Assembly (NCBI GenBank): GCA_963717145.1
Contig: OY970325.1
Span: 2,624,001-2,688,000, forward strand
Direction: 5' to 3'
Origin: an uncultured Armatimonadetes bacterium
Lineage (GTDB): Bacteria; Armatimonadota; UBA5829; DTJY01
DNA: 64,000 nt
In this document: piece by piece, positions 9,561-20,256 of the stretch
Position numbering within the stretch: the first letter of the stretch is position 1
Layout: the number at the start of each line of letters is the position of its first letter
Position numbers and translations under genes: made by a program
The notes under the pieces: model-generated
Database searches by the model: none
Seen by the model: the letters and a program-made list of their open reading frames with translations, nothing else
What the model was told of the DNA's origin: nothing

Positions 9561-11477
9561 ATGATATACAAGATGCTGACCGCTCTTTTGATCACGACAT
9601 TCATGGTTCAAGCTACGACAGTCCCTGCCGCCGAGCCGACGGCCGATCCCAAGCGGGTCGAGGAGATCCGAGGGATGCTGCGAAAGGATGTCCGCGCCCC
9701 GGGATGGAACATCTCGGACCGGGACGCCTGGGAACGGCTGGGACGTGATCCGCTTTTCGCCGTGATGGTTCCCGCCGCGGAGAAGCTCCTCGACACTCCC
9801 CTGCCCGATCAGCCCGACGATCTCTACCTCGAATACTCTCGCACAGGCAATCGCACGAACTGGCAGAGAGTCGCGGATGCACGACGTAGCCGCCTCACGA
9901 CGCTGGTCCTCGCCGAGTGCATCGAGAACAAGGGGCGCTTCCTCCCGGCGCTCGAGGATCTGATCACGGCGTTGTGCGCCGAACGTACTTGGGTGTTTCC
10001 TGCGCACGATGGGTCGCTGGTCAATTTCCAAGGCAAGACCATCACTATTGATCTGGCTTCCTCGGCGATGGCGTGGAATCTCGCCATGACGGACTTCCTG
10101 CTCGGCTCGAAACTGCGGCCTGATGTGGTGGTGGAACTACGCCGGAAGGTCAGGAGCAGGGTAGTTAAGCCATACCTGGACATAATTCGGGGAAAGCGCG
10201 AACCCCTCTTCTGGGTAAGAGCGACTCACAACTGGAACCCGGTGTGCGTGGCAGGCGTCACGGGAGCGGGATTGATCGAACTGGACTCGCTCGACGAGCG
10301 CGCCGAACTGATTGCCGCGGCGGAGACGAGTTCGAAGTACTTCCTTTCCGGGTTCACTCCCGATGGGTACTGCAGCGAGGGGCTGGGTTACTGGGGGTAC
10401 GGCTTCGGGCACTTCGCCGTGCTGTCCGAAATGGTGCGTCTTGTCACCGGCGGCGGGATCGACCTTCTCTCAGAGCCCGAGGCGCGCATGCCTGCCCTAT
10501 TCAGCGCTCGCATAGAAATGGCAAACGGGATTTCACCCGCATTCGCGGATTGTGGCGTCTATCAGAAGCCGTCGGGGTCATTGATGTGGCTTCTCAATAG
10601 ACGTTTCGACCTGGGTCTGGACCGATACAGCGAGCTTAGTGACATGGCGAACCTGGGGAGATCGGGCTGCGGGGGCGGATATCTCGCGGGGGCGATGGTG
10701 TGCGCGCTTGCCCAGCAAGAGAAGCCGCCGGCCGGCAAGGGCAGTTACGTTCCCGACACGATTCGCTCATGGTTCGACAACGCCGGGGTGCTGATATGCC
10801 GTCCGCTCCCGGGCTCGAAGTCCAATATGGCCGTAGCGCTCAAAGGCGGCCATAACAACGAGCATCACAATCACAACGACCTGGGCTCGTTCGTCGTTCT
10901 GTGCGGCAAGCAACTCATGCTACTCGATCCCGGCGCGGAGGTGTACACCGCGCGGACGTTCAGCAAGCAGAGGTACGAGAGCAAGCTGCTCAACTCCTGG
11001 GGCCATTCCGTGCCGGTGGTCGCCGGCAAGCTTCAACGCCCCGGCACCGATGCTCGCGCCCAGGTGACGGACACGGCGTTCACCGAGGAGTCAGACACGC
11101 TGCAAATGGACATCACATCGGCGTATGACTGCCCCGAGCTGAAGAGGCTGGAGCGCACATTCGTCTACAGTCGCACCGGAACCGGCATGCTCACTGTCAC
11201 CGACAGGGTGGAGTTCGAGACGCCGCAGTCGTTCAGCACGGCATTGATCACGACGGGCGAGGTGATACAGGTTGGCGAGCGCACGCTTCTCATCACGAAC
11301 GCCGAGGAGACTGTGTCGGTCGAGATAGACTGCGGGGGCCTCGCATTCTCGGTCAAGACGGAGCAAATCCGCGAGGACTCCTCGATCAAGCCGACTCGGA
11401 TCGGAATCGAATTGGATAGTCCCGTCACATCCGCGTCAATCGTCACAAAGATCGTGAAGAAGGAAGCTACGCCATGA
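9561..11477 (+). CDS. Secreted heparinase II/III-like polysaccharide lyase
   Basis: Signal peptide; NWNPVC, DGYCSEGLGYW, KGGHNNEHHNHNDLGSF, SWGHSVP motifs. Confidence 0.8.
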   Translation: MIYKMLTALLITTFMVQATTVPAAEPTADPKRVEEIRGMLRKDVRAPGWNISDRDAWERLGRDPLFAVMVPAAEKLLDTPLPDQPDDLYLEYSRTGNRTNWQRVADARRSRLTTLVLAECIENKGRFLPALEDLITALCAERTWVFPAHDGSLVNFQGKTITIDLASSAMAWNLAMTDFLLGSKLRPDVVVELRRKVRSRVVKPYLDIIRGKREPLFWVRATHNWNPVCVAGVTGAGLIELDSLDERAELIAAAETSSKYFLSGFTPDGYCSEGLGYWGYGFGHFAVLSEMVRLVTGGGIDLLSEPEARMPALFSARIEMANGISPAFADCGVYQKPSGSLMWLLNRRFDLGLDRYSELSDMANLGRSGCGGGYLAGAMVCALAQQEKPPAGKGSYVPDTIRSWFDNAGVLICRPLPGSKSNMAVALKGGHNNEHHNHNDLGSFVVLCGKQLMLLDPGAEVYTARTFSKQRYESKLLNSWGHSVPVVAGKLQRPGTDARAQVTDTAFTEESDTLQMDITSAYDCPELKRLERTFVYSRTGTGMLTVTDRVEFETPQSFSTALITTGEVIQVGERTLLITNAEETVSVEIDCGGLAFSVKTEQIREDSSIKPTRIGIELDSPVTSASIVTKIVKKEATP

Positions 11478-11542
11478 GCCCATGGAACGAATACAGCGAG
11501 GGCGGATATCTCGAAACCGTGCGGGATGCAAGATAGCGGATT

Positions 11543-11758
11543 CTAGGCCGCGATGGAGATTCGCCCTGCCTCGGAGGTGGGTTCGGGGATTGGCAGGCCC
11601 TCTTCCTTGAGCCCTTCGATGTGGAAGGTCAGGGCATCCCGGAAGTTGCGCTCCGCTTCTTCCCTTGTCTTGCCCGTCGCCATGCACCCTGGAACGTCGG
11701 GCGAGTATGCCGCCCAGTTATTCTCCGTATGTTCGTATATGACCGTGTATTCTTTCAT
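11543..11758 (-). CDS. hicB: HicB-like antitoxin (orphan)
   Basis: YTVIYE...WAAYSPDVPGCMATGKTREEA...IPEP; upstream TTGACC-17-TAGACT promoter. Confidence 0.85.
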   Translation of the reverse strand: MKEYTVIYEHTENNWAAYSPDVPGCMATGKTREEAERNFRDALTFHIEGLKEEGLPIPEPTSEAGRISIAA

Positions 11759-11912
11759 GGACTATCTCCACTGCGCCTGCTTGTCGGCAGGTTCAGCTTC
11801 AGTCTACCCGCAATCTGCAATCCGGTCAAGCGTTACCACGCCGGAGGCCAATCCACGATGCTTGATAGCGTCTGCGTATCCATGTTACCATCTGACCATC
11901 AGGAGGTTTTCC

Positions 11913-13391
11913 ATGCCAATCAGACGACTTAAGGGCGGGCAGTTGAAGGTGCTCGCGGATGACGATATAGGGATGATACACGAGGCCGTGCTGGAGGTGA
12001 TGAGCACGGTCGGAGTGAAGGTCGAGCATGCCGAGGCGCTCGGCATCTATCGGGACAACGGGTGTGACGTCGACTTCGAGAAGCAGGTCGTCCGGATGCC
12101 CGAGGATGTGCTAAAGAAGGCGCTGAGCACCGCGCCGAGCGAGTTCACCCTCTACGGCAAGACGCCCGAGTACGATGTCAACGTCAACCTCGACGACGTC
12201 TACACCATCGGCGGGTCGTCGGCGCTGACGGTCCTCGACCTGGAGGGAGTCCGCCGGCCCGCGACCCTGCAGGACCTCTCGGACCTCACGCGGCTCCTCG
12301 ACGGCTTGGAAAACCTCCACATCATGCACGCGCTCGTCGTCCCGCAGGACATCCCCCAGCCGGGGTTCGACCGAATCCTCTGGGCGACCGTCATGAAGAA
12401 CACGAACCGCAACTACTACTCCCAGGGCCAGTGGGCGGTCAGTATCCGCGACCAGATCGAGATGGCGAAGGTCATCCAGGGCAGCGAGGACGAGATTCGG
12501 CGGCATCCACTCTTCACGATCGTCATCTGCATGATGAGCCCGCTGATCCACAGCACCGAGCGCGTCGATGAGCTGATCGAGTCCGCGAGACACGGGATTC
12601 CGCTCTACATCGAGGTCGACGCGATGCTCGGCGGGACGACGCCGATGACCATCGCCGGCACGCTCGTCGAGGAGTGCGCGAACGTCCTGACCGGCATCGC
12701 GCTCGCCCAGTTCGTGAACCCCGGGAACCCGTGCACCTTCGCGATCGCATCGGGGCTGATGAGCATGTCGAACGGCGAGTATTCGGGCGGCGCGCCGGAG
12801 ACCGGGCTGCTCCATGCGGCGACCGCGCAGATGGCTCACTTCTACAAGCTGCCGTTCCAGGGTGGGACGGGCATAGACTCGACGCTCCCGGACGCCCAAG
12901 CGGGTTACGAGCGGGCGCTCCAGGTGCTCACCAACTCGCTCGCGGGCACGAACTTCGTGCACCTCTCGATCGGCATGATGGAGCAGATGCTGCTGGCGAG
13001 TTACGAGCAGGCGGTGATCGACAACGAGATCCTCGGCGCGGCGTTCCGGATCGTGCAGGGCGTGGAGGTCACACGTGACGCGATCGGCCTCGATGCGATC
13101 AGGGAGGTCGGCATCGGCGGGAACTACCTGGCGCACGATCACACGGTGAAGTACATGCGGCCGCACACCTGGTTCCCGAAGATCACGAACCGCGAGCAGT
13201 GGACTCCCTGGATGGCGGGTGGCGGCAAGGACATGCGTCAGAGGGCGAACGAGCGCGCGCGTCAGATCCTCGCCGAGCACCATCCGAAGCCGCTCACCGA
13301 CGACCAAGAGCGCGAGATCGACCGGATTGCCCTCGAAGCGCAGAAGGAAGCAGTCGCCAAGGGGCCGTATTCTATGTCTGGGTCAGAGTGA
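11913..13391 (+). CDS. Trimethylamine methyltransferase (MttB) family, no in-frame amber codon
   Basis: IHEAVLEVM..VGVKV, GGTTPMTIAG, PDAQAGYE, YEQAVIDNEI, GGNYL motifs; AGGAGG RBS. Confidence 0.88.
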   Translation: MPIRRLKGGQLKVLADDDIGMIHEAVLEVMSTVGVKVEHAEALGIYRDNGCDVDFEKQVVRMPEDVLKKALSTAPSEFTLYGKTPEYDVNVNLDDVYTIGGSSALTVLDLEGVRRPATLQDLSDLTRLLDGLENLHIMHALVVPQDIPQPGFDRILWATVMKNTNRNYYSQGQWAVSIRDQIEMAKVIQGSEDEIRRHPLFTIVICMMSPLIHSTERVDELIESARHGIPLYIEVDAMLGGTTPMTIAGTLVEECANVLTGIALAQFVNPGNPCTFAIASGLMSMSNGEYSGGAPETGLLHAATAQMAHFYKLPFQGGTGIDSTLPDAQAGYERALQVLTNSLAGTNFVHLSIGMMEQMLLASYEQAVIDNEILGAAFRIVQGVEVTRDAIGLDAIREVGIGGNYLAHDHTVKYMRPHTWFPKITNREQWTPWMAGGGKDMRQRANERARQILAEHHPKPLTDDQEREIDRIALEAQKEAVAKGPYSMSGSE

Positions 13392-13466
13392 AGGCCCAAC
13401 CGCCAGGGCGCCAAGAACGCCAAGTTGATGGCTGCTACGTCAATACTTGTGAGACTGGAGATCATC

Positions 13467-15466
13467 ATGGATCGAATTGTATGTGCATTCATGCTCGGCT
13501 TGATTCTTGCTTCGGGAGTTGCCTATTCGGCTGTTCGCGATCTCTACTCGGATACCTGGGTGGCGACCGATGCCCTCGGGCGGACGATGCCGGGGTTCGC
13601 TGATGTGGGACCGGTCAAGAAGGACCAGCGCCGCGTGGTGGGCATCTTCTACATCACGTGGCACAGCGACTCGCTGAGCACGGCATGAAGAGCCCGTATA
13701 CCGCGGATGTGTCCAAGGTGCTCGCCGCCGATCCGAGCGCGCGCCTCGATGCCAAGCATCCGCTGTGGACGGAAGGCTCGTATCACTGGGGCGAGCCGGA
13801 GGTGGGCTACTTCCTGAGCAAGGACGAGTACGTCATCCGCAAGGACATGTCGATGCTCGCCGACGCGGGCGTGGATGTGCTCGTGATGGACGTCACCAAC
13901 GCGGTCCGCTACTGGGACGAGTGGGACGTGGTCTTCCCGGTGATGCAGAAGATGAAGGCCGAGGGCAACAAGGTGCCGCAGTTCTGCTTCTGGGCGTTCA
14001 ACGGCCCGGTGATCACGGTGGTGCAGGACCTGTACGACAAGATCTACAAGGCCGGAGAAGTACAAAGACCTCTGGTTCATGTGGGACGGCAAGCCGCTGC
14101 TGCTCTACAACGGCACGCCGAGCGTCGACGCCAACGGCCAGGGCGCGCAGAATCCGAATCCGCACTACGATGCCGCCGCCAAGACCGACCCGAACAACCC
14201 GCATTACGGCGACCCGGATTACACCGAGGAGTTCTACAAGGATTACACCAAGGAGGTGAAGAGCTTCTTCACGCTGCGCACCATGTGGTGGGGATACTAC
14301 GAGTGGGCCGGGAAGCGCTTCGTCGGCACGGAAGACAACTGGAGCTTCGGCCTCGACCTGGGCGACAAGCGGGTCAGCGACGATGAACCCGGACGAGCTG
14401 GTCTCGACGCACAACGGCAAGAAGGAAGAAGCCGCCGTCACGCCCGGCGCAGCATCCCTCGAGCCTGGTCGGCAAGTCCTGGACCCGGGACAAGGGCGAG
14501 CCGGAACTGAACGATCAGGATCTGCCGGTGCCGACCTACGTGCCGTGGCTGGGCAAGACGGTCGAGCACCCCGAGGGCTACGGCATCTACTTCCAGCAGC
14601 GATGGGACGAGGCGCTCAAGGCCAACCCGCAGTTCCTCTACATCAACGACTGGAACGAGTGGACGGCCGGCAAGTATCAGCCCGCGGCAGGGCAGACCAC
14701 GCCGTTCATGCGCCGCGACAGCCCTTACTTCTTCGTCGACCAGTACAACGCCGAGTTCAACCGCTGCCATCCAGCCGATGAAGGGCGGATACACCGACAA
14801 CTACTACATGCAGATGGCCCAGAACATCCGGCGCTACAAGGGCGTCCGCCCGATCCCCGAACTGCACGGACATGCACCGCGATCAAGATCGACGGCGATT
14901 TCGCGGACTGGAAGCAGGTCGAAGGTCGAGTACCGCGACACCGTCGGCGATACGTTCCATCGCGACTACAACGGCTACGGCGGGCTGCACTACACGAACG
15001 ACTCGGGCCGCAACGACATCGTCACCAGCAAGGTCGCCGTGGACCGCGAAGATGGTCTACTTCTACGCGCGAGACGAACGACGCCGCTCACCCCGCACAC
15101 CGGCACGAACTGGATGCTGCTGCTGATCGACGCCGACCAGAACCCCAAGACCGGCTGGTACGGCTATGACTACCTCATCAACCAGAGGGTCGTCGACGCC
15201 AAGACCACCACGATCATGCGGTACGACTCCGACGCCCCGGACGATCCGTGGGTCGAGGCGGCGCAGGCTGAACTACCGCTACTCGGGCAAGGCGCTGGAG
15301 CTGGCCGTGCCGCGCAAGCTCCTCGGGCTTGCAGGGCGACGCATTCACCTTCGATTTCCACTGGTGCGACAATCCGGCCGATCTGAACGACCCGATCTCT
15401 CTCTGCACCAGCGGCGACAGCGCCCCGAACCGACGGTTCAACTACCGCTGCATCTGGCGGAAGTAG
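13467..15466 (+). CDS. Secreted glycoside-hydrolase-like protein, broken by many frameshifts
   Basis: SDTWVATDALGR, VGIFYITWH, HWGEP..GYF, LADAGVDV, INDWNEW, GGYTDNYY, GDSAPNRRFNY segments continue across frames. Confidence 0.65.
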
Positions 15467-15497
15467 GGTGCTCGCTATTCCGCTGTGCTCGCGAGGA

Positions 15498-16062
15498 TAT
15501 GCAAGGCATGGACTCTCCGGGAAACCGAAATGGGACGGAACGTTGGAGCAACGCGCGCAATATCCTGATTGGTTGCGCTGTGGTGCTGCTGGTGGGAGCA
15601 TTGCTCCTGACTGCTGCTTGCTATGTGCTCTTCGGCAGAGGCGATACCACCATCTATGCGAAGGGCTACACAGAAGTGAAGTTCAACTCGATCAAGATAG
15701 GCATGACTGATAAGCAGGTCAAGCGCATCCTGGGCGAACCTCTCGGCATGAGTCAGGATATTGTTTTCACGAAATAACTACCACAGAATAGCTACAGTAC
15801 CTCCTACTGCTCGTTCATCAACGGCAGACAGGTCTCCGGGAGTGTGTTGCTCGACTCACGCGCGGGCACTAGAGGCGTGGCATCAGCCCAGGAAGCGATG
15901 AGCCTCCTAACATTGCAGGAACGCAAACTCGCCAGGGTTCAGTATGAGTGGGACTACGCAGAACCGGGACGGCTTCTCAGCCAGCATCACCAATTCCGCA
16001 GCATCACGTTCAACACCTCCGGGATCGTAATTGACAAGTTCAGCTGGGAATGGGTGGATTAG
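15498..16062 (+). pseudogene. Membrane-anchored SmpA/BamE-like domain protein with internal TAA at 15775
   Basis: TM helix, then FNSIKIGMTDKQVKRILGEP; the same frame continues past the stop to WDY...ITFN..GIVIDK. Confidence 0.5.
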
Positions 16063-16319
16063 CCTCTGCTCATGCGAGCTATTCCGCCTCTATCGTTGTC
16101 TGCTGACGAAGTCGTAAGGGGAAAAGGGGACAGACACATGTTCAGGCCGCGCTGACGGAAAATGTGTCTGTCCCCTTCTTGCACCTCTTGCCTCTCTATG
16201 CGTCGACGGCGACACCGCCCCGAACAGAAGGTTCAACTACCGCTGCATCTGGCGGAAGTAGACGCTTCGACTTACGCGTTGGTCATCCGGCCTGGCTCAA
16301 CGTGGTATAATGGCGCGTC

Positions 16320-18080
16320 ATGACCTACGACAGCGTTATTCTGGCCGCGGTGGCCTCGGAACTGAGCAAGCGACTCGTGAGCGGGCGGATCGACGGGATC
16401 CATCAGCCCGTACCGCTCGATCTCGTCCTCACCATCAGGGCGGGCGGCGCGAACCACAGCCTGCTGCTCTCCGCCGATGCGCAATTCCCGCGCGTTCACC
16501 TCACATCGACCAAGCGTGAGAACCCGAAAGTCCCGCCGAACTTCGTGATGCTCCTCCGAAAGCACTTGGAGGGCGCCCGCATCGCCGGCATCGAGCAGGT
16601 CGGCTTCGATCGGATCCTCCACATCAAGATCAGCGCGTTCGACGGCGAGGTCATGACGCTGATCGTCGAGATCATGGGCAAGCACAGCAACGTCATCCTT
16701 GTGAATGGCGTCGGGCGCATCCTCGGGGCGATCAAGCCAGTCGGCCGCTCAAAGAACCGCTACCGGGAGGTCCTGCCGGGCCGAGAATACGTCGCTCCTC
16801 CGCCGCAGAACAAGCTCGATCCGCTGACGACGACGCGCGATGATCTCGTCCGACTGCTCGCGGAGGCCCCTGACGAGGATCGGGCAAAGTGGCTTACGAA
16901 GACGTTCGCGGGGATCGGGCCGTTCCTTGCGAAGGAGATCGTCGCTCGACAGCTATGGAGTGCGGAAGCGGAGTCTGCGGAGCTTCCGCTTTGCATCGAA
17001 AGCGGAAGCTCCGCAGACTCCGCTTCCGCACTCCATAGCTTGGCAGACGCGTTCATCGAGTTCTCCGGGGCGGTGCGGACTCGGAGCTGGAATCCTGTGC
17101 TCATCTCGGACGACGAGGGACACACGGTGGCCTTCTATCCGTTCCCGAGCGCGCAGTATCCGGCGGAGAACCAGCACGAGCGCCAATCGATGAATGCAGT
17201 GGCCGATGTCTTCTACAGCACCGCCGTGCCCAGGGATGAGTTTGCGCACACGAAGGAATCGGTGGTCGCGGGCCTGAGGCATCAGATCGAGTCGAAGGAA
17301 CACACGCTTCAAACGATTCAGGCGAACATCGCCGAGACGGTCAACGCCGAGCGGTTCAAGCAGGTGGGGGAACTGATCCTCTCGCAGCCGGACGCGGTCG
17401 AGGAAGCCGCATCCGAGGCGACGCTCGTGGACTACTATGACCCCACAGGCGCGTCGATCACCGTGCCGCTCGATCCGACGCTCAACCGCGCGGAGAACGC
17501 GGAGGCGTACTTCCGCAAGTACCACAAGGCGGTCTCCGGCATGGTCGCGCTCAAGGATCGTCTATCCGAGATGCAGTCCGAGATCAAGAGGCTCGAGGCA
17601 TTCGTCGAGAGAGCGGAGAAGGCGGAATCGGGCGAGCAGATCAAGGCGCTCACGAAAGAGCTGGAGGCGCTCGGCGTCTACGTCAGCCCGCAGCAGGTTC
17701 AGCAGGCCGTCAAGCAGAAGCCGGCGTTCGACGGGCATCGGATCGCGGTGGTGGAATCGAATGGGTGGGAGATACTCGTCGGGGGGAATAGCGAGTCGAA
17801 CGACTATCTGCTCACACGAGTCGCGCGGCCGAACGATATATGGGTACACGCGAAGGCAATAACGAGCGCCCACGTGGTCATCCGCACGAACAACAAGCCG
17901 GAATCCGTGCCCCAATCGGTGCTCTACGCGGCAGCGGAACAGGCGGCCCGGCACAGTGCGGCCAAGCACTCATCCCTCGTGCCGGTCGATTACACCCTCC
18001 GCAAGTACGTGAGAAAGCCGAAAGGCGCTGCGGCGGGCAGGGCGATCTATCAGAACGAGAAGACTATCTACGTCACCTGA
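16320..18080 (+). CDS. rqcH: Ribosome quality control protein RqcH (NFACT/FbpA family)
   Basis: F.MLLRKHLEG, EQ..FDRI, EIMGKHSN, NAEAYFRKYHK, WVHAK..SAHV, VDYT...VRKPKG motifs. Confidence 0.9.
   Translation: MTYDSVILAAVASELSKRLVSGRIDGIHQPVPLDLVLTIRAGGANHSLLLSADAQFPRVHLTSTKRENPKVPPNFVMLLRKHLEGARIAGIEQVGFDRILHIKISAFDGEVMTLIVEIMGKHSNVILVNGVGRILGAIKPVGRSKNRYREVLPGREYVAPPPQNKLDPLTTTRDDLVRLLAEAPDEDRAKWLTKTFAGIGPFLAKEIVARQLWSAEAESAELPLCIESGSSADSASALHSLADAFIEFSGAVRTRSWNPVLISDDEGHTVAFYPFPSAQYPAENQHERQSMNAVADVFYSTAVPRDEFAHTKESVVAGLRHQIESKEHTLQTIQANIAETVNAERFKQVGELILSQPDAVEEAASEATLVDYYDPTGASITVPLDPTLNRAENAEAYFRKYHKAVSGMVALKDRLSEMQSEIKRLEAFVERAEKAESGEQIKALTKELEALGVYVSPQQVQQAVKQKPAFDGHRIAVVESNGWEILVGGNSESNDYLLTRVARPNDIWVHAKAITSAHVVIRTNNKPESVPQSVLYAAAEQAARHSAAKHSSLVPVDYTLRKYVRKPKGAAAGRAIYQNEKTIYVT
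16951..17040. repeat. 90-bp perfect palindrome in frame inside rqcH
   Basis: 42-bp arms (agctatggagtgcggaagcgg...) around a 6-nt loop. Confidence 0.95.
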
Positions 18081-18309
18081 CATCGACGTCGATGATTACC
18101 TCGCGGATACCGGGCTTCGTGCGGAGGATGCGGTGTATCACCTCCAACTCGTGCTTGAGGTCGATATCGTGGCCGCGAAGCGCCTGGATGTATCCCCGCA
18201 GATAGACGACTCCGTGCGTCGACTTCACATCCAGTCCGGCGGCGTTGATGAACCGCCGGGTGATCTCCCTGTGTACCATCCTGGTGGTCTCACTATCTGA
18301 AGTTGGCAT
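18073..18309 (-). CDS. Small BON-like domain protein
   Basis: LDVKSTHGVVYLRGYI...PGIREV pattern; AAGGGAGGGG RBS. Confidence 0.6.
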   Translation of the reverse strand: MPTSDSETTRMVHREITRRFINAAGLDVKSTHGVVYLRGYIQALRGHDIDLKHELEVIHRILRTKPGIREVIIDVDVR

Positions 18310-18415
18310 CGCGCACCCCTCCCTTGCTTGAACCGATCGGCGTCACACTAGTATTCCCACGTCTTGAGGGAAACTCCTTCCACATTGACTTGCCGACAAT
18401 GCGGGAGATATACTT

Positions 18416-18484
18416 GTAGGGGCGAAGCATTGGCTGCCGGTTCCGCACCAGAGTTCCGCAAGTGAGCCAATGCTTCGCCCCTAC
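18416..18484. repeat. GTAG REP pair (family GGGGCGAAGCATTGG; second copy 63512-63578)
   Basis: GTAGGGGCGAAGCATTGGC...GCCAATGCTTCGCCCCTAC. Confidence 0.85.
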
Positions 18485-18500
18485 GCAATCCTTTTGCAGA

Positions 18501-19322
18501 TTGGAACCTTTCTTGGAAGACAAACTCGGACAGTTGAGAGCGATTCTGCGCGAAATGGGAACCGTGCTCGTCGCGTATTCCGGCGGAGTCGACAGCACAT
18601 TCCTGATGAACGTGGCTCATGATACCCTGGGCGACAAGGCTCTCGCCGTGATCGCATCCTCGGAGACCTATCCGTCGTCGGAGGTCGAGGAGGCGAAGTG
18701 CCTCGCGCGGGAGTTCGGTTTCCCGCTCGTCAACGTACATACGGAGGAACTGCATAATGAGGCATTTGCCCGAAACGCCCCGGACCGCTGCTACCACTGC
18801 AAGTCGGAGTTGATCCGCAAGCTGCAGGATGTCGCACGGGAACGAGGCTTCTCAGTGGTCGTTCACGGCGCGAATGCCGACGACGTGCAGGACTATCGGC
18901 CGGGCGCGAAGGCCGCAGCCGAACTCGGTGCGCGAGCGCCGCTTCAGGAGGTCGGTCTGACCAAAGATGAGATCCGCACGTTGTCGAAGCGCTTCGGACT
19001 CCCGACGTGGGACAAGCCGTCGTATGCGTGCCTCGCATCGAGGTTTCCGTATGGCACGAGTATCACCAAGGACGCACTCGTCAGGATCGATGAGGCCGAG
19101 GAGTTCCTTCGCGGGCTCGGGTTCCGGCAGCTTAGAGTCAGACATTACGGTGACACCGCGCGCATCGAGGTCGAGCCGGCGGACCTTCAGCGGATCACAT
19201 CGGACGAGATTCGGGGGCAGATCGTGCGCCGCCTGAGCGAACTCGGCTACTTGTACATCACCGTCGATCTCGAAGGCTACCGCATGGGGAGCATGAATGC
19301 GGTATTGGGAGATAAGGGGTAA
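18501..19322 (+). CDS. larE: ATP-dependent sulfur transferase LarE (start approximate)
   Basis: VAYSGGVDS, RCYHCK, DYRPG, WDKPSYACLASRFPYG, RVRH motifs. Confidence 0.92.
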   Translation: MEPFLEDKLGQLRAILREMGTVLVAYSGGVDSTFLMNVAHDTLGDKALAVIASSETYPSSEVEEAKCLAREFGFPLVNVHTEELHNEAFARNAPDRCYHCKSELIRKLQDVARERGFSVVVHGANADDVQDYRPGAKAAAELGARAPLQEVGLTKDEIRTLSKRFGLPTWDKPSYACLASRFPYGTSITKDALVRIDEAEEFLRGLGFRQLRVRHYGDTARIEVEPADLQRITSDEIRGQIVRRLSELGYLYITVDLEGYRMGSMNAVLGDKG

Positions 19323-19327
19323 CGCGG

Positions 19328-19392
19328 GTAGTGGCCGTGCCTCTGTGCCGGCCATCCTACGTTGCAGGCCGGCACAGAGGCACGGCCACTAC
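19328..19392. repeat. GTAG REP pair (family GTAGTGGCCGTGCCTC; also 48301-48366, 52489-52554, 60780-60890, half copies ~26816-26841 and ~57379-57402)
   Basis: GTAGTGGCCGTGCCTC.GTGCCGGCC...GGCCGGCAC.GAGGCACGGCCACTAC recurs across the window. Confidence 0.9.
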
Positions 19393-19403
19393 AAGATCAG
19401 CCA

Positions 19404-20159
19404 ATGAATCACAACAACCAGCTTGAACAGATTCTATCCGACGTCCGAGCGGGGAAGCTCACGGTGCAGGAAGCGATGAAGAGCCTCAGGGGGCTTCCAT
19501 ATGAGGACCTCGAATTCGCCAAGATAGACCACCATCGCACGCTTCGGACCGGATTCCCCGAGGTCGTGTTCTGCCAGGGCAAGACGATCCCGCAGGTGGT
19601 CGAGATCATCAGGCGACTCTCCGAGCGTCACCCATCGGTCCTCGCAACACGCGCGACTCAGGAGATGGCCGATGCCGTCGCGCGCGAGATCACGAATGCG
19701 CGGTACCACGAAGCGGCGAGGTGCATCACCGTCTGCCGACCGGAATCGAAGGCCGAGACGGAGAGCGATAAGTTCATCCTGGTGGTCTCAGCCGGAACCG
19801 CCGACATCCCGGTCGCCGAGGAAGCGGCGGTCACCGCCCAAGTGATGGGCAGCCGCGTCGAGCGCGTCTACGATGTCGGCGTCGCAGGGCTGCATCGCCT
19901 GCTGGACCAGAAGAAGAAGCTCGAGGACGCAAACGTGATCATCGTGTGCGCCGGCATGGAGGGCGCGCTCCCGAGCGTGATCGGGGGACTGGTCGACTGC
20001 CCGGTGATCGCCGTGCCGACGAGCATCGGATACGGCGCGAGCTTCCAGGGATTGGCGGCGCTCCTCTCGATGCTGAACACCTGCGCGGAAGGGGTCGCAG
20101 TCGTGAACATCGACAACGGCTTCGGCGCGGGCTATTTCGCGCACATGATCAACAGATAG
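19404..20159 (+). CDS. larB: Nickel-pincer cofactor biosynthesis protein LarB
   Basis: DHHR..RTGFPEVVFC.GK, AGTADIPVAEEA, DVGVAGLHRL, AGMEGAL, PTSIGYG, VVNIDNGFGA. Confidence 0.95.
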   Translation: MNHNNQLEQILSDVRAGKLTVQEAMKSLRGLPYEDLEFAKIDHHRTLRTGFPEVVFCQGKTIPQVVEIIRRLSERHPSVLATRATQEMADAVAREITNARYHEAARCITVCRPESKAETESDKFILVVSAGTADIPVAEEAAVTAQVMGSRVERVYDVGVAGLHRLLDQKKKLEDANVIIVCAGMEGALPSVIGGLVDCPVIAVPTSIGYGASFQGLAALLSMLNTCAEGVAVVNIDNGFGAGYFAHMINR

Positions 20160-20244
20160 AGTATGGGAGTGTGGGAGTATGTGAGTGGGGGAGTTTGAGA
20201 GTCCGATTGCTCCCACACTCCCATACTCCCACACTCCCACACTC
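20159..20244. repeat. Inverted octamer arrays (gagtgtgg / ccacactc)
   Basis: gagtatgggagtgtgggagtatgtgagt...actcccatactcccacactcccacactc; similar array at 26289-26366. Confidence 0.75.
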
Positions 20245-20256
20245 AGCGGAGATATC

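Noticed and set aside
11913-13391. Pyrrolysine-containing MttB
   Set aside because: No in-frame TAG and no pyl genes in the window.
15775-15777. Stop-codon recoding
   Set aside because: A single TAA in a low-confidence gene; TAA serves as a normal stop elsewhere in the window.
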